Assembly (NCBI GenBank): GCA_039804105.1
Contig: JBDRZU010000001.1
Coordinates: 1,280,001-1,344,000 of the forward strand
Length of the DNA: 64,000 nucleotides
Origin: a candidate division WOR-3 bacterium
GTDB lineage: Bacteria > Hydrothermota > 32-111
Direction of reading: 5' to 3'
Shown here: in pieces, positions 15,718 to 25,833 of the stretch
How the letters are laid out: each line of letters starts with the position of its first letter
Numbering within the stretch: position 1 is the first letter of the stretch
The notes under the pieces: generated by a model
Seen by the model: only the letters and a program-made list of their open reading frames with translations
Told to the model about the DNA's origin: nothing
The model's database searches: none
Translations under genes and position numbers: made by a program

Positions 15718-16844
15718 AACCAAATTTGATGATACTCTCAACAAACAGATCCGATTTTTCACATTTAAAACTTATCGTTGAAAAATTGAAAAGTTCAAAA
15801 AAAATAAACACTTTTTTTGTTGCTTCAGGTTCACATTTTGATAAAGAAAAAGGATATTCTTTCGAGGAAATAAAGGATGAAGGTGTAAAGGTTGACTATA
15901 AAATCAAAACAACGATCAACTGGAGGTCAGAAGCAAAACTCTTTAATTCGCTTGTATCATTTCAGAAAAAGTTGAGAACACTTATAAAGATGACAAAAAC
16001 TGATTACATAATGGTTCTTGGAGACAGAATAGAACTCTTACCTGTTATAAACCTTTCTTTGGTAATGGAAAAAAAAATAATCCATATTTCAGGTGGTGAA
16101 GAAACAAAAGGTGCAATCGATGATAATATAAGGAAGATGCTTTCTTTAAATTCTTATATTCATTTCGTATCTGGAGAAATGTTCAAAAAAAATCTTGTAG
16201 AATTTTTGAAAACTGAAAAGAGGATTTTTAATGTTGGAGATCCGATACTTGAATATATAGATTCCATCCAAATAGAACCATTTGAAAATGTTTTAAACGA
16301 TTTAAAGTTAGATCTTGAAAAAGGGAAGTATTTACTTTTCACCTTTCATCCTGAGACAAAAAGTTCTGTTGATGTTAAAGAGCAGTTTAATGGGTTGGAA
16401 AAATTTTTACTTGAAGTTGATATACCTGTTCTATGTACTTCTCCAAATCCTGATAAAGGTGAAGAGTATATTTTAAAAAGGTTAAAACATATAATTTCTT
16501 TGAAAAAAGATATATCTTTTGTTCCACATCTGGGTTTTAGGAAGTATATCTCACTTATAAAAAATTCATTTGCAGTTATGGGAAATTCATCATCACTTCT
16601 TATTGAAACACCATATCTATGCGTGCCTTCAATACTTATAGGAAAAAGGCAGGATGGAAGACCTCTTGCTGATTCGGTTTTCAAAACTGGATATCAAGCA
16701 GAGGAAATAAAATCTGTGTATAATAAGATAAAAGAGTTAAAAGTGAACGGATATTTTGAAAAGGGAGTAAAAAACCTTTTCTATGAGAGAAAGAATACAT
16801 CAGATTTGGTATTAAAACATCTTGAGGACGAAATTGGTTTTTAA
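15714..16844 (+). CDS. neuC: UDP-N-acetylglucosamine 2-epimerase (hydrolysing, NeuC-type)
   Basis: RSD, SGSH, LGDR.E, HISGGE.T.GAIDD, TFHPET, GNSSS, IGKRQDGR motifs. Confidence 0.8.
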   Translation: MKPNLMILSTNRSDFSHLKLIVEKLKSSKKINTFFVASGSHFDKEKGYSFEEIKDEGVKVDYKIKTTINWRSEAKLFNSLVSFQKKLRTLIKMTKTDYIMVLGDRIELLPVINLSLVMEKKIIHISGGEETKGAIDDNIRKMLSLNSYIHFVSGEMFKKNLVEFLKTEKRIFNVGDPILEYIDSIQIEPFENVLNDLKLDLEKGKYLLFTFHPETKSSVDVKEQFNGLEKFLLEVDIPVLCTSPNPDKGEEYILKRLKHIISLKKDISFVPHLGFRKYISLIKNSFAVMGNSSSLLIETPYLCVPSILIGKRQDGRPLADSVFKTGYQAEEIKSVYNKIKELKVNGYFEKGVKNLFYERKNTSDLVLKHLEDEIGF

Positions 16845-16846
16845 TA

Positions 16847-16875
16847 TTGACACTTACATCACTTTTTGGTATAAG
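16847..16875 (+). promoter_or_regulatory. Sigma70-type promoter for smc-ftsY
   Basis: TTGACA-17-TATAAG with TG extension; GGAGGA RBS before TTG at 16899. Confidence 0.6.
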
Positions 16876-16898
16876 GAAATGTTAAAAATGGAGGATAA

Positions 16899-19800
16899 TT
16901 GTATTTAAGTGAGTTGAGGATCTATGGATTTAAGTCGTTTCCAGACCCTATAACGATAAGATTTGAAAGGGGAATAACTGGTTTTGTTGGTCCAAATGGT
17001 TCAGGTAAATCAAACATTGTTGATGCGATAAGATGGGTTTTAGGAGAACAGTCAGCGAAAGAGTTAAGGGCAACTTTGCATGAAGACCTTATATTTGATG
17101 GAACGAACAAAAGAGCACCATCAAACCTTGCGTCAGTTTCCGTAAGGTTTGTTAACGACGATGGTGAATTGCCTTTAAATTTTACTGAAATAGAGATAGA
17201 AAGAAAAATTTATAAATCAGGTGAATCACAATATCTTATAAACAAAGAGAGTGTAAGATTAAAAGATGTTCAGCATCTACTTGCTGAGATGGGACTTGGA
17301 ACTAAAACATATTCACTATTTAAAAAGTCATTGATAGAGGATATTGTTAACGATAGGGCGGATGCTTTAAGGAATCTATTTGAAGAGTCAGCGGGAATAA
17401 CTATATATAAAAACTCGAAAAAGGAAACTTTAAGAAAACTGATAGCAACACAGGAGAATCTAAACAGGATAAACGATCTTATAATGGAGATAGAAAAGAA
17501 TGCAAAAGAGTTGAAAAAACAGGCAGGGAGAACGAAAAAATATTTTGAGATGAAAACTCTATATCAGAATCTTTCTCAGGATTTTTACAGAAAAAAGAAT
17601 GTTAAACTTGAAGAAGAACTTTTAAAAATTGAAAAACAGATAAATGAAAAGAATGAAAGGATAGAGAACTTTCATAAAGAGATAGAAAATATAAAAAAAC
17701 AGATAGAAGAAAAAAGAAATGAAAAATATGAACTTGAAAATCAACTTGAGATAAAACTTGGAGAAAAAGAAAGTTTACAGAAAAATCTTTTTGAACTCAA
17801 AAACGGTGTTTCAATTTTGAACGAAAGAATAAAAGGTCTTGAAACTCAGATTAAAAATAAAGAAGAGTTTAAGGAAAAGATTACAGAAGAAATGCCTTTG
17901 AAAAGGGAAAGGTTAAAAAATGATTTGGAAAAGGTCGAGAATTTAAAAACAAGGATAGAAAAGATTGAAAATGATAGAAATTCTTTAGGGGAAAACGATG
18001 TTGAAACACTTTACAGAAAAAGTGAAAACGAGTTTGAGCAAATCTCATCCCAAATCAGAAAGATAGATGGAGAGATAGTTGTTTTGAATTCAAAGGTTAA
18101 CTCTTTGAAAACAAGGATTGAGTATGAGGAAAATATAATACAAGAAAAGAAAAAAGAGTTGGATGAAGAGAACAAGAAAAGTGAAACGAATTTTGTTGAA
18201 CTTGAAAAATTAAAAAAAGAGAAGGAAGAGATTTTAAACCAGATAGAAAAGATAAAAGAAGAAATAAATGGAATTGATTCAAAAAGACAGGAGTTAAGAT
18301 CAAAAGAAAAAGAACTTTATGATAAAAGGGATCTTTTAAACAAAAATATCATCGTTGAAAAAACAAAGATAGAGCAGATTGAACAGAGAATAAGAGAAAC
18401 AAAGGAAAGTTTTAAAGATGTTTTAAAAATATTACAAAAAGATGATATCGAACTGATAAGAAACCTTGTAAAACCAAAAGAAGGTTATGAGCAAGTAGTT
18501 GAAACAGCACTCTCAGTTATTTTGAATGGTATAGTGTTAAGTAAAGATGATATAGAAAAGTTGAAAGGAAAAGTGACTCCTCAGGTTCAAATAATATTGA
18601 AAGATTTAAAATATAAAAAAGATGAAAGTGAGGATGTATACCTACTTTCAAATTATATCGATGGACCAGATTTCATAAAGGATTACTTTTCAAACTTTAA
18701 AATTGTTCAAAGTGTAGATTTTGATAACCTTGAAGGTGAAAAATATCTTGTCACTAAAGATGGATTCCTTGTTACGCCTGACAAAATCTTTATAAAATCA
18801 GGTGAAATAAAAGTTTTGAATTTTGTAAATGAGATAGAGAGTTGCCATAAAAACATAAATGAATATGAAAGGGAAATCGAACAGGTTCAAAAACAAATCG
18901 ATCAGATAAAAAACGAAATAAAAGATTTGAATTTAAACTATGATAAAAAGAGGAACCTATTGAATGAATTTTCTGCAAAAGAAAAGTTTACTCTTGAAAG
19001 TATAAAGGCGTTTGAAAAAAATGTTGAAGCGAAAAAATCTTATATTTTAAAAATAGAGGAGAAAATAAAAGAAGTAAATGAGAAAAAATTGGGTTATGAG
19101 AAGGAAATGGATGATAGCAAAGAAAAGATAAAAGAACTTGAACAGGAGAAAGAGAAACTTTTAGGTGAGGTTAAAAGGGTTGAAGAAGAGTTTACAAAGA
19201 AAAGGGATGAATACATAGTTTTTAAAAACAGAAAAGATGAAATAGAAACTGTTTACAGAGAACTTCTGAAAGAAAAAGAAAATGTTGAAAGGGATATAAA
19301 AGAGATAGAAAACATTTTGGCTGGATATGAAAAAGAAGTTTCAAATTTTAACACTTTCTTTGAAGAAGCGAAATCACAGATTAAAAAGTATGAAAGTGAG
19401 ATAGATCAAAAAGAAGAGAATATTCTTAAACTTGAAAAGGATGTGGAAACAATAGACGATCAGATCAAAAATCTAAATGAAAAGATAGATGAGATAGAAA
19501 GTATTTTGAAAGAGGAAGAAGAAAAGGAAGAAGAGTTAAGAAATCTAATAGAAGAGATTACAAGAGAAAATGAAGAAAATTTACTTGCAAGAGAAAGGGT
19601 TTTAATAGAAAAGAAAAATAATGATGAAAAGATAGATTTGAATTTTGAAATAGATTACGATCTGATCTCAAAATATGTTGATACAGAAGAGGAAGAGATA
19701 AAATTTCTTGATGAAAAGATTAAAAATTTTGGTCCCGTTAACGAACTCGCTTTTCAGGAATATACTGAAACATCAGCACGTCTTGAAGAAATCTTAAAAC

Positions 19801-20357
19801 AGAAAGAGGATGTTGTTCAATCAAAAGAAAATCTTGAAAAAACGATAAAAACACTTGATGCTAAAGCAAAAATTTTATTCTCTCAATATTTTGATACGAT
19901 AAGGGTTTCTTTCAAGGAACTATTTTCAGAGATATATAAAAATGGAAAAGCCGATATAATCCTTGTTGATGAGGAAAACCCCCTTGAAAGTGATATAAAT
20001 ATTATTTTTGAACCTGGTGAGAAAAAGATAGGAAATCTTATAAAACTTTCTGAAGGTGAAAGAGGGATGATGATAGTTATACTCCTTTTTGCAATGTATA
20101 TGGTTAAACCGACACCTGTATGTATAATGGATGAGATAGATGCACCATTTGATGATGCAACAGTTGAAAGTTTCAGCAATTTGCTTAGAAAATTCAGAGA
20201 TAAAACTCAGTTTATAATAATTACACATAACAAAAGAACGATGGAATTCTGCGATTTTCTATTTGGAGTTACGATGGAAGAAAGTGGAGTCACAAATGTT
20301 TTCTCTTTGAATCTTCAGACGATATCAGAAAGGTTTTTGAAAGATGCTACTTCATAA
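16899..20357 (+). CDS. smc: Chromosome segregation protein SMC
   Basis: GFKSF, GPNGSGKSN, WVLGEQSAKELR, long coiled coils, GPVNELA, MDEIDAPFD, QFIIITHNK. Confidence 0.93.
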   Translation: MYLSELRIYGFKSFPDPITIRFERGITGFVGPNGSGKSNIVDAIRWVLGEQSAKELRATLHEDLIFDGTNKRAPSNLASVSVRFVNDDGELPLNFTEIEIERKIYKSGESQYLINKESVRLKDVQHLLAEMGLGTKTYSLFKKSLIEDIVNDRADALRNLFEESAGITIYKNSKKETLRKLIATQENLNRINDLIMEIEKNAKELKKQAGRTKKYFEMKTLYQNLSQDFYRKKNVKLEEELLKIEKQINEKNERIENFHKEIENIKKQIEEKRNEKYELENQLEIKLGEKESLQKNLFELKNGVSILNERIKGLETQIKNKEEFKEKITEEMPLKRERLKNDLEKVENLKTRIEKIENDRNSLGENDVETLYRKSENEFEQISSQIRKIDGEIVVLNSKVNSLKTRIEYEENIIQEKKKELDEENKKSETNFVELEKLKKEKEEILNQIEKIKEEINGIDSKRQELRSKEKELYDKRDLLNKNIIVEKTKIEQIEQRIRETKESFKDVLKILQKDDIELIRNLVKPKEGYEQVVETALSVILNGIVLSKDDIEKLKGKVTPQVQIILKDLKYKKDESEDVYLLSNYIDGPDFIKDYFSNFKIVQSVDFDNLEGEKYLVTKDGFLVTPDKIFIKSGEIKVLNFVNEIESCHKNINEYEREIEQVQKQIDQIKNEIKDLNLNYDKKRNLLNEFSAKEKFTLESIKAFEKNVEAKKSYILKIEEKIKEVNEKKLGYEKEMDDSKEKIKELEQEKEKLLGEVKRVEEEFTKKRDEYIVFKNRKDEIETVYRELLKEKENVERDIKEIENILAGYEKEVSNFNTFFEEAKSQIKKYESEIDQKEENILKLEKDVETIDDQIKNLNEKIDEIESILKEEEEKEEELRNLIEEITRENEENLLARERVLIEKKNNDEKIDLNFEIDYDLISKYVDTEEEEIKFLDEKIKNFGPVNELAFQEYTETSARLEEILKQKEDVVQSKENLEKTIKTLDAKAKILFSQYFDTIRVSFKELFSEIYKNGKADIILVDEENPLESDINIIFEPGEKKIGNLIKLSEGERGMMIVILLFAMYMVKPTPVCIMDEIDAPFDDATVESFSNLLRKFRDKTQFIIITHNKRTMEFCDFLFGVTMEESGVTNVFSLNLQTISERFLKDATS

Positions 20358-21231
20358 ATTAAAAAATATTTTTCAAAAAGCAAAACTCCCTTTAAAAGAT
20401 GTTGTTCAAAGTGCTGTTTTTGGTGGAAAGAGAGAGGACTATGATTTTATTGAAGAACAGTTGATCCTTTCAGATATAGGAATTGAAACAGCACAAAAAA
20501 TTATTAAAAAGTTGAAAGAACGAGTAAAAGAAGGTGTAATAATTGGAAGAGAGAATATTGTCGAAGAGTTGAAAAAGATATTAAAGGAAATACTCAAAGA
20601 TCCAGTTTATTTCAATCTTGATGAAACAAATATAATTCTTGTTTCAGGTGTTAACGGTTCTGGAAAGACAACATCTATAGGTAAACTTGCAAACTACCTT
20701 GTAAAAAATGAAAAAAAGGTTCTTCTTGGTGCATGTGATACATTCAGGGCTGCTGCGTTTGATCAGATAGAGATATGGGGTAACAGGGCAAACTCATTTG
20801 TTTATATACCTGAAAATGAGAAAGAACCGGCAGCAGCTGCGTTTGAATCGGTAAAATATGGCATTGAGAACAGGTTTGATAAAATTATAATAGATACAGC
20901 AGGAAGGATGCATACAAACAAGAATCTTATGGAAGAATTGAAAAAACTTTATAATGTATTAAAGTTAAAATTTCCACAATTACCAATTTTTTCAATACTT
21001 GTAATAGATGCAACAAATGGAAAAAACACTTTACAACAGGCAAAAAACTTTAAAGAAGCGGTCAATATTGATACGATTTTTTTGACCAAAATGGATGGAA
21101 CAGCAAAGGGTGGGTCTGTGATCACGATTGCAGATGAGCTGTGTTTGCCGATTTCATATATTGGTGTTGGGGAAGGTATAGACGATTTAGAGTTTTTTGA
21201 TAAAGATCTTTTCGTCAATTCTATTCTATAA
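20344..21231 (+). CDS. ftsY: Signal recognition particle receptor FtsY
   Basis: GVNGSGKTT, DTFRAAA, DTAGR, TKMDGTAKGG. Confidence 0.95.
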   Translation: MLLHKLKNIFQKAKLPLKDVVQSAVFGGKREDYDFIEEQLILSDIGIETAQKIIKKLKERVKEGVIIGRENIVEELKKILKEILKDPVYFNLDETNIILVSGVNGSGKTTSIGKLANYLVKNEKKVLLGACDTFRAAAFDQIEIWGNRANSFVYIPENEKEPAAAAFESVKYGIENRFDKIIIDTAGRMHTNKNLMEELKKLYNVLKLKFPQLPIFSILVIDATNGKNTLQQAKNFKEAVNIDTIFLTKMDGTAKGGSVITIADELCLPISYIGVGEGIDDLEFFDKDLFVNSIL

Positions 21232-21243
21232 TCTATAAAAATA

Positions 21244-21273
21244 AAAACTCCCTCTTTTACAAGAGGGAGTTTT
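21244..21273. terminator. Bidirectional intrinsic terminator between convergent genes
   Basis: AAAACTCCCTCTT-TTAC-AAGAGGGAGTTTT perfect hairpin. Confidence 0.85.
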
Positions 21274-21295
21274 CAGCGGGATTGGGAAACACTTT

Positions 21296-24097
21296 TTATT
21301 TTACGATATTCAATTTTAAAGATAGGTTATTGTTCTTCTCTTTTATGAAATAAACACCTGATGGTAAATCTTTAACATTTACAAAGAACTTTGAATAACC
21401 TTTTTCTATTATACCAGAAAAAATATTTTTTACAAGAGCACCTGAAGAGTTATATATACCGAGTTCAATTTTTTGCTCCTTTGGGATTGAAAGTTCCAAA
21501 ACGATGTTATCTTTGGTTAAGTTATTGTTTAATAACATGTTAAACTCTTTAACCAGTGCTTTTGGAGTTATGGATATTTTCCCGATCTCAACAACTTTAC
21601 CATTATTTGTAATCCCAATAACTCGATATTCTGTTGAAATATTTTTAATATCTTTATCTTTATAAAATCTCTGGTCAGGTTTCAATTCAGCAACAATTGT
21701 ATAAAATTTTTCATCAATTCTTTTTCTTTCGACTCTTATAAGTGTTATATCATTTATTTCTGAAAAATTCCATTTCAAAAGAATACCGTCTTTCTGTAAA
21801 ATTGCTGAAATCGATGATTCGTTGATTCCAATATTTGTTGTCATATCGAGTATTGATCTTGGATAAACTTCATAGGTTGACCAGTAAGGTTCAGAAGTAT
21901 CATACTGAGTTAAAATTCCAACTATCTGCTTTGGCCATGTTGGTTCTGGAGAATCATCTATGTCAGTATCAGAATCAACCCATACAAGAAATGTATCTAT
22001 TTGTTTTGTTCCATTTTTACTAAACACAGTATCCCTGAAAACAAGAAGTGCATTTGTTCCTGGTGTTGGCCATGTTCCACCTATTCTTGCTGCTGCGTTT
22101 ATTTTTAAAAGTAGTCCCTCATAAGTATCTCCAACAGTATCTCTTAAATGGTCAGCTGTTAAAAGTATTGTATCGATAAGGTGACCTGTACTTATCTTTG
22201 TTAATTTTGAATATGGATTTCCAATTCTTGTTTGACCATTATAAAATGTTATAGTTCCTTCAACAATAACAGAGTCAGTAGGTATAACAGTTTCAGAACC
22301 ATCATTTTTTATAGAGTCGTTTTTCCAGACAGCACCGAGGATATAATTTTGCTGTATATTTATTATATTCTGTGTTGGGGTGAATGCACCAGTTCCAACA
22401 GTTACAATTCCTGTTGTTCTTGTAAGATAACCAAGGTATTTTGGTTTTCCCACAGAATCATTTTCTTTATACCTTGGAATTGGAGTGATACCCCAGAAAA
22501 ATCTTTCGGGATTTGATTGAACAACTCTATTTAAAGAATCAACTACTTCAACATAACATTCAAATCTACATCCATCACCCCTACTACTTAAAATATATCT
22601 ATAAAGAGTATCTCCTGAAATTAAAGACATGTTATAGGTATCTATTACCGAACTGTCATAACTACTTGCAATGAGTTTAACTGATTTTAAAGGCACTTCA
22701 TGTTTTATAATAGCCCAAACAGTATCTTGTTGTGTAGATAAAGGAATAACTGGATTTCTTGTTACGCTTGAGATTACCGTGTTTGCAGCACCGATAGTAT
22801 CGTTGTAAAGTTCGATATACTCATAAAGGTAGTTTGTTGTATTATCAACAACCTCAGTAATAACCATTCCTCTACCTTTATTTATAATTGTGGATCCAAC
22901 TGAACCCGGGGTTGCATTTGTGGTAGTGAAAGTGTTGAAAGAAAAATTGTTTAGATTTGTTGAATCCCTAAAATAAATTCTGTTCGTTACCAGATTGAAG
23001 AATGTGGTGTCAACTTTGTTTCCAAGATTATCATATAAAGAGAAAGTTTCATCTCCATTTATAGTTGGCATATTGTATGTTGAGTCAATAAAAATCACAT
23101 TCGAAGGAAGTGTAATTCCATAATGTGCTTCAAAATTTGATTTTGTAGCACCTCTACAAACTATGACAAAATATCCACCAGGGACATTTATATCACCAAA
23201 AGTATAGGTATAAGATGAATTATACTGTTTTAACTGCCATCCGTTCAGATTGAAAGATTGTGTTATTTTTTGTTTTACTATAAATGTAAAAGTATCAGAA
23301 ACGGTTTCGTCTCCATAATCATCTTTTGCTTTTATAACATATCTTACAGTATCATTTGCCGAAAAATTTCCTATTTTATAAAAATAAGTTGTAAGATATA
23401 AAGAATCATGTGTTTTTTTATTCCAAGAGCCATTGTTTATGCTGTAAAAAATAGTATCAGAAACAAGCGATCCATCATCTGTTATGTTACAAGAAATTGT
23501 AACATTATCGTTTTCAAACGGTATTGCCGGAATAGTCGTGACATTGCTGATTGTTGGTTTTGTATTAACAAATCCACCTGTATCATTGTAAAGTTCAACA
23601 TATTCGTAAAGATAGTTTGCAGCATCACAAACTTCTGTAATAACAATTCCTTTTCCTTTGTTAAAAACTGTTGAACCAATTGATCCAGGTGTTGCGCTGG
23701 TTGTTGAGAATGTCAGAGAAGAAAAAGTGTTTGTGTTTGTTGAATCTCTATAATAAACCCTTCCAGTTGTTAAAGACATATAAGTTGTATCAATTTTAAC
23801 ACCTAAATTGTTATAGAGTGAAAAGGTTTCAGCACCATTTAAAACTGGAAGAGTTCCAACAGAGTCAAGGAAAATCACATTTGAAGGAAGTGTGACTCCA
23901 TAGTATGCTTCAAAATTTGCTTTTCTTGCACCTCTACACACAATCACAAAATATCCACCAGGGACATTTATGTTACCAAAAGTGTAAGTGTAAGAAGAGT
24001 TGTACTGTTTTAATTGCCATCCGTTAATATTGTAATCTGTTGAAAAAATCCAAAGAAATGCCATTAAAATCAAAATAAAAATAAATGATTTTTTCAT
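21296..24097 (-). CDS. Secreted protein with two lamin-tail-like domains, Ig-like and OB-like regions and a T9SS-like CTD
   Basis: Signal peptide; duplicated NGWQLKQYNSSYTYTFG...ATPGS...ITEV...EY.ELYND; C-terminal IYNSSG...LPSGVYF. Confidence 0.75.
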   Translation of the reverse strand: MKKSFIFILILMAFLWIFSTDYNINGWQLKQYNSSYTYTFGNINVPGGYFVIVCRGARKANFEAYYGVTLPSNVIFLDSVGTLPVLNGAETFSLYNNLGVKIDTTYMSLTTGRVYYRDSTNTNTFSSLTFSTTSATPGSIGSTVFNKGKGIVITEVCDAANYLYEYVELYNDTGGFVNTKPTISNVTTIPAIPFENDNVTISCNITDDGSLVSDTIFYSINNGSWNKKTHDSLYLTTYFYKIGNFSANDTVRYVIKAKDDYGDETVSDTFTFIVKQKITQSFNLNGWQLKQYNSSYTYTFGDINVPGGYFVIVCRGATKSNFEAHYGITLPSNVIFIDSTYNMPTINGDETFSLYDNLGNKVDTTFFNLVTNRIYFRDSTNLNNFSFNTFTTTNATPGSVGSTIINKGRGMVITEVVDNTTNYLYEYIELYNDTIGAANTVISSVTRNPVIPLSTQQDTVWAIIKHEVPLKSVKLIASSYDSSVIDTYNMSLISGDTLYRYILSSRGDGCRFECYVEVVDSLNRVVQSNPERFFWGITPIPRYKENDSVGKPKYLGYLTRTTGIVTVGTGAFTPTQNIINIQQNYILGAVWKNDSIKNDGSETVIPTDSVIVEGTITFYNGQTRIGNPYSKLTKISTGHLIDTILLTADHLRDTVGDTYEGLLLKINAAARIGGTWPTPGTNALLVFRDTVFSKNGTKQIDTFLVWVDSDTDIDDSPEPTWPKQIVGILTQYDTSEPYWSTYEVYPRSILDMTTNIGINESSISAILQKDGILLKWNFSEINDITLIRVERKRIDEKFYTIVAELKPDQRFYKDKDIKNISTEYRVIGITNNGKVVEIGKISITPKALVKEFNMLLNNNLTKDNIVLELSIPKEQKIELGIYNSSGALVKNIFSGIIEKGYSKFFVNVKDLPSGVYFIKEKNNNLSLKLNIVK

Positions 24098-24119
24098 AAG
24101 AAACTCCCCTTAAAAATTT

Positions 24120-24476
24120 TTATTTTTCTTGAAATGTTCTTCCCACCTCTAAAGAAATTGAAAAATTATCTTTTTTATAAGTTAATCCAATGTTTGAAAG
24201 TATAAGATTTTCTTTTAAATTATAATTTAGATACCCAAAACCATAATTAATGATAATATTGTCATTAAGTTTTGAGAAATAGTTAGCATTTAATAACGAA
24301 TATGATATTTTATAATTGTTATTGAATAAAAATCCGGTTGAAAAAGAGTATGATTGGGAATCAGGTTTTAAAAATGATGAAATAGTTTTAAAGTTTTTGT
24401 AATCACTAAAATTTTGTGGAAAAACAGAAGAAAACAAAACGAAAATAATAAACGATATAAAAAATATCTTTTTCAT
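24120..24476 (-). CDS. Hypothetical secreted protein
   Basis: Signal peptide; beta-strand-like pattern. Confidence 0.6.
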   Translation of the reverse strand: MKKIFFISFIIFVLFSSVFPQNFSDYKNFKTISSFLKPDSQSYSFSTGFLFNNNYKISYSLLNANYFSKLNDNIIINYGFGYLNYNLKENLILSNIGLTYKKDNFSISLEVGRTFQEK

Positions 24477-24615
24477 ACAACTAAATTTTAAACATCAAAA
24501 ATATTAAAGTCAAGGGTAACCAAATTTTTTAACAGAAAATTAACATTTTGTGAAGAATTTGACAAAAAATTGATTTTTGACAAAAAAATGTTATAATCTA
24601 AAAAAAGGAGAAGAG

Positions 24616-25833
24616 ATGCTCATTGATGAACTCAACAAAAGTATGGTTGACTCATTTTTAGAAAAGTTTAAAAGGTTAAATCAAGAGGAACCTGATAAAA
24701 GAATAGTGGAAGGATTTTTGAAAGTTTATAGACATTATTTTGTCCCCTATGTATATGAAGAAAAGGATGGGATTTTTGTGAAGCAGGATTTGAATTATAC
24801 ATTTTTAAAAGATGAACTTTTGAAAAAAATTTATGTAGATACACCACTTGTTGTTCTTGTAGAAAATAACAAAGTTATTTCAACATCTTCTCAACCATTT
24901 GTTATGGCGATCATGGCAAGAGATGCAAACATCAGAGAAGGTGGAAAAATCCTTGAAATAGGAACTGGTTCAGGATACAACGCTGCGATACTCGCTTATA
25001 TATCAGGAAAAGAGGAAAATGTTGTTACAATCGAGATAGACAAAAAAGTAACAGAGTTTGCTTTAGAAAATTTGAAAAGGGCAGGATTTTCAAAGATAAA
25101 GGTTATAAACATAGATGGGGGACTTGGATATTCTCAGTTAGCCCCTTATGATTCAATAATAGCAACATGTGGTTGCCCTGAAATCCCTTTCTTTGAACAG
25201 TTGAAGGATGGAGGGTATCTTTCCATACCACTTGTAACAAGAGGGATTGAAACTCTTGTCTCCTTTAGAAAAGAGAATAACAAACTTGTTGGAAAACCAA
25301 CACTTTTTGTGAAATTCCTTCATTTTGAAGGTGTGTTTTCAGATAAAAGACAATTTGCAAAAAATATTCAATCATTACAAAGAATTGTTGAAACTTATGG
25401 TAAAAAAAGGGATGATTTAAAGCAAGAACTCTCAGATATTATTGAAAATGAAAACGATGAGGAAAATTTAAAACTCGAAAAAAGAAAAAGAAGAGCAAAT
25501 TTTAACTTTTTCCTTGCGATTTCAAATGATGATGCCATCATGTATGAGTCAGATATAAAAGGAAGGGAAAGTGGTTATGGTTTATGGCACTCAGTTTTAA
25601 AAACATCGGACAATGGACTTGTGATACTTTTTTCGAACGAGATAATAAGTTGGGGAAGCGAGAGTGTTGTTGAGAAATATGTTTCTTTCTATAAAAAATG
25701 GAAAGAATTGAATTGCCCATCTCTTGAAAATTATTCTATAGAATTTTTTCCTGAAAATGTTGCTTTTTCATCCGAAGAAGATGACTATACTGTTAACAGA
25801 AAATATGGAAGAACTGTTTTCAGATTAACTTAA
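24616..25833 (+). CDS. Protein-L-isoaspartate O-methyltransferase family protein with a long C-terminal extension
   Basis: STSSQP..MA.M, ILEIGTGSGYNAA, GLGY...APYD.II.T; ATG 24616 follows AAGGAG. Confidence 0.8.
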   Translation: MLIDELNKSMVDSFLEKFKRLNQEEPDKRIVEGFLKVYRHYFVPYVYEEKDGIFVKQDLNYTFLKDELLKKIYVDTPLVVLVENNKVISTSSQPFVMAIMARDANIREGGKILEIGTGSGYNAAILAYISGKEENVVTIEIDKKVTEFALENLKRAGFSKIKVINIDGGLGYSQLAPYDSIIATCGCPEIPFFEQLKDGGYLSIPLVTRGIETLVSFRKENNKLVGKPTLFVKFLHFEGVFSDKRQFAKNIQSLQRIVETYGKKRDDLKQELSDIIENENDEENLKLEKRKRRANFNFFLAISNDDAIMYESDIKGRESGYGLWHSVLKTSDNGLVILFSNEIISWGSESVVEKYVSFYKKWKELNCPSLENYSIEFFPENVAFSSEEDDYTVNRKYGRTVFRLT

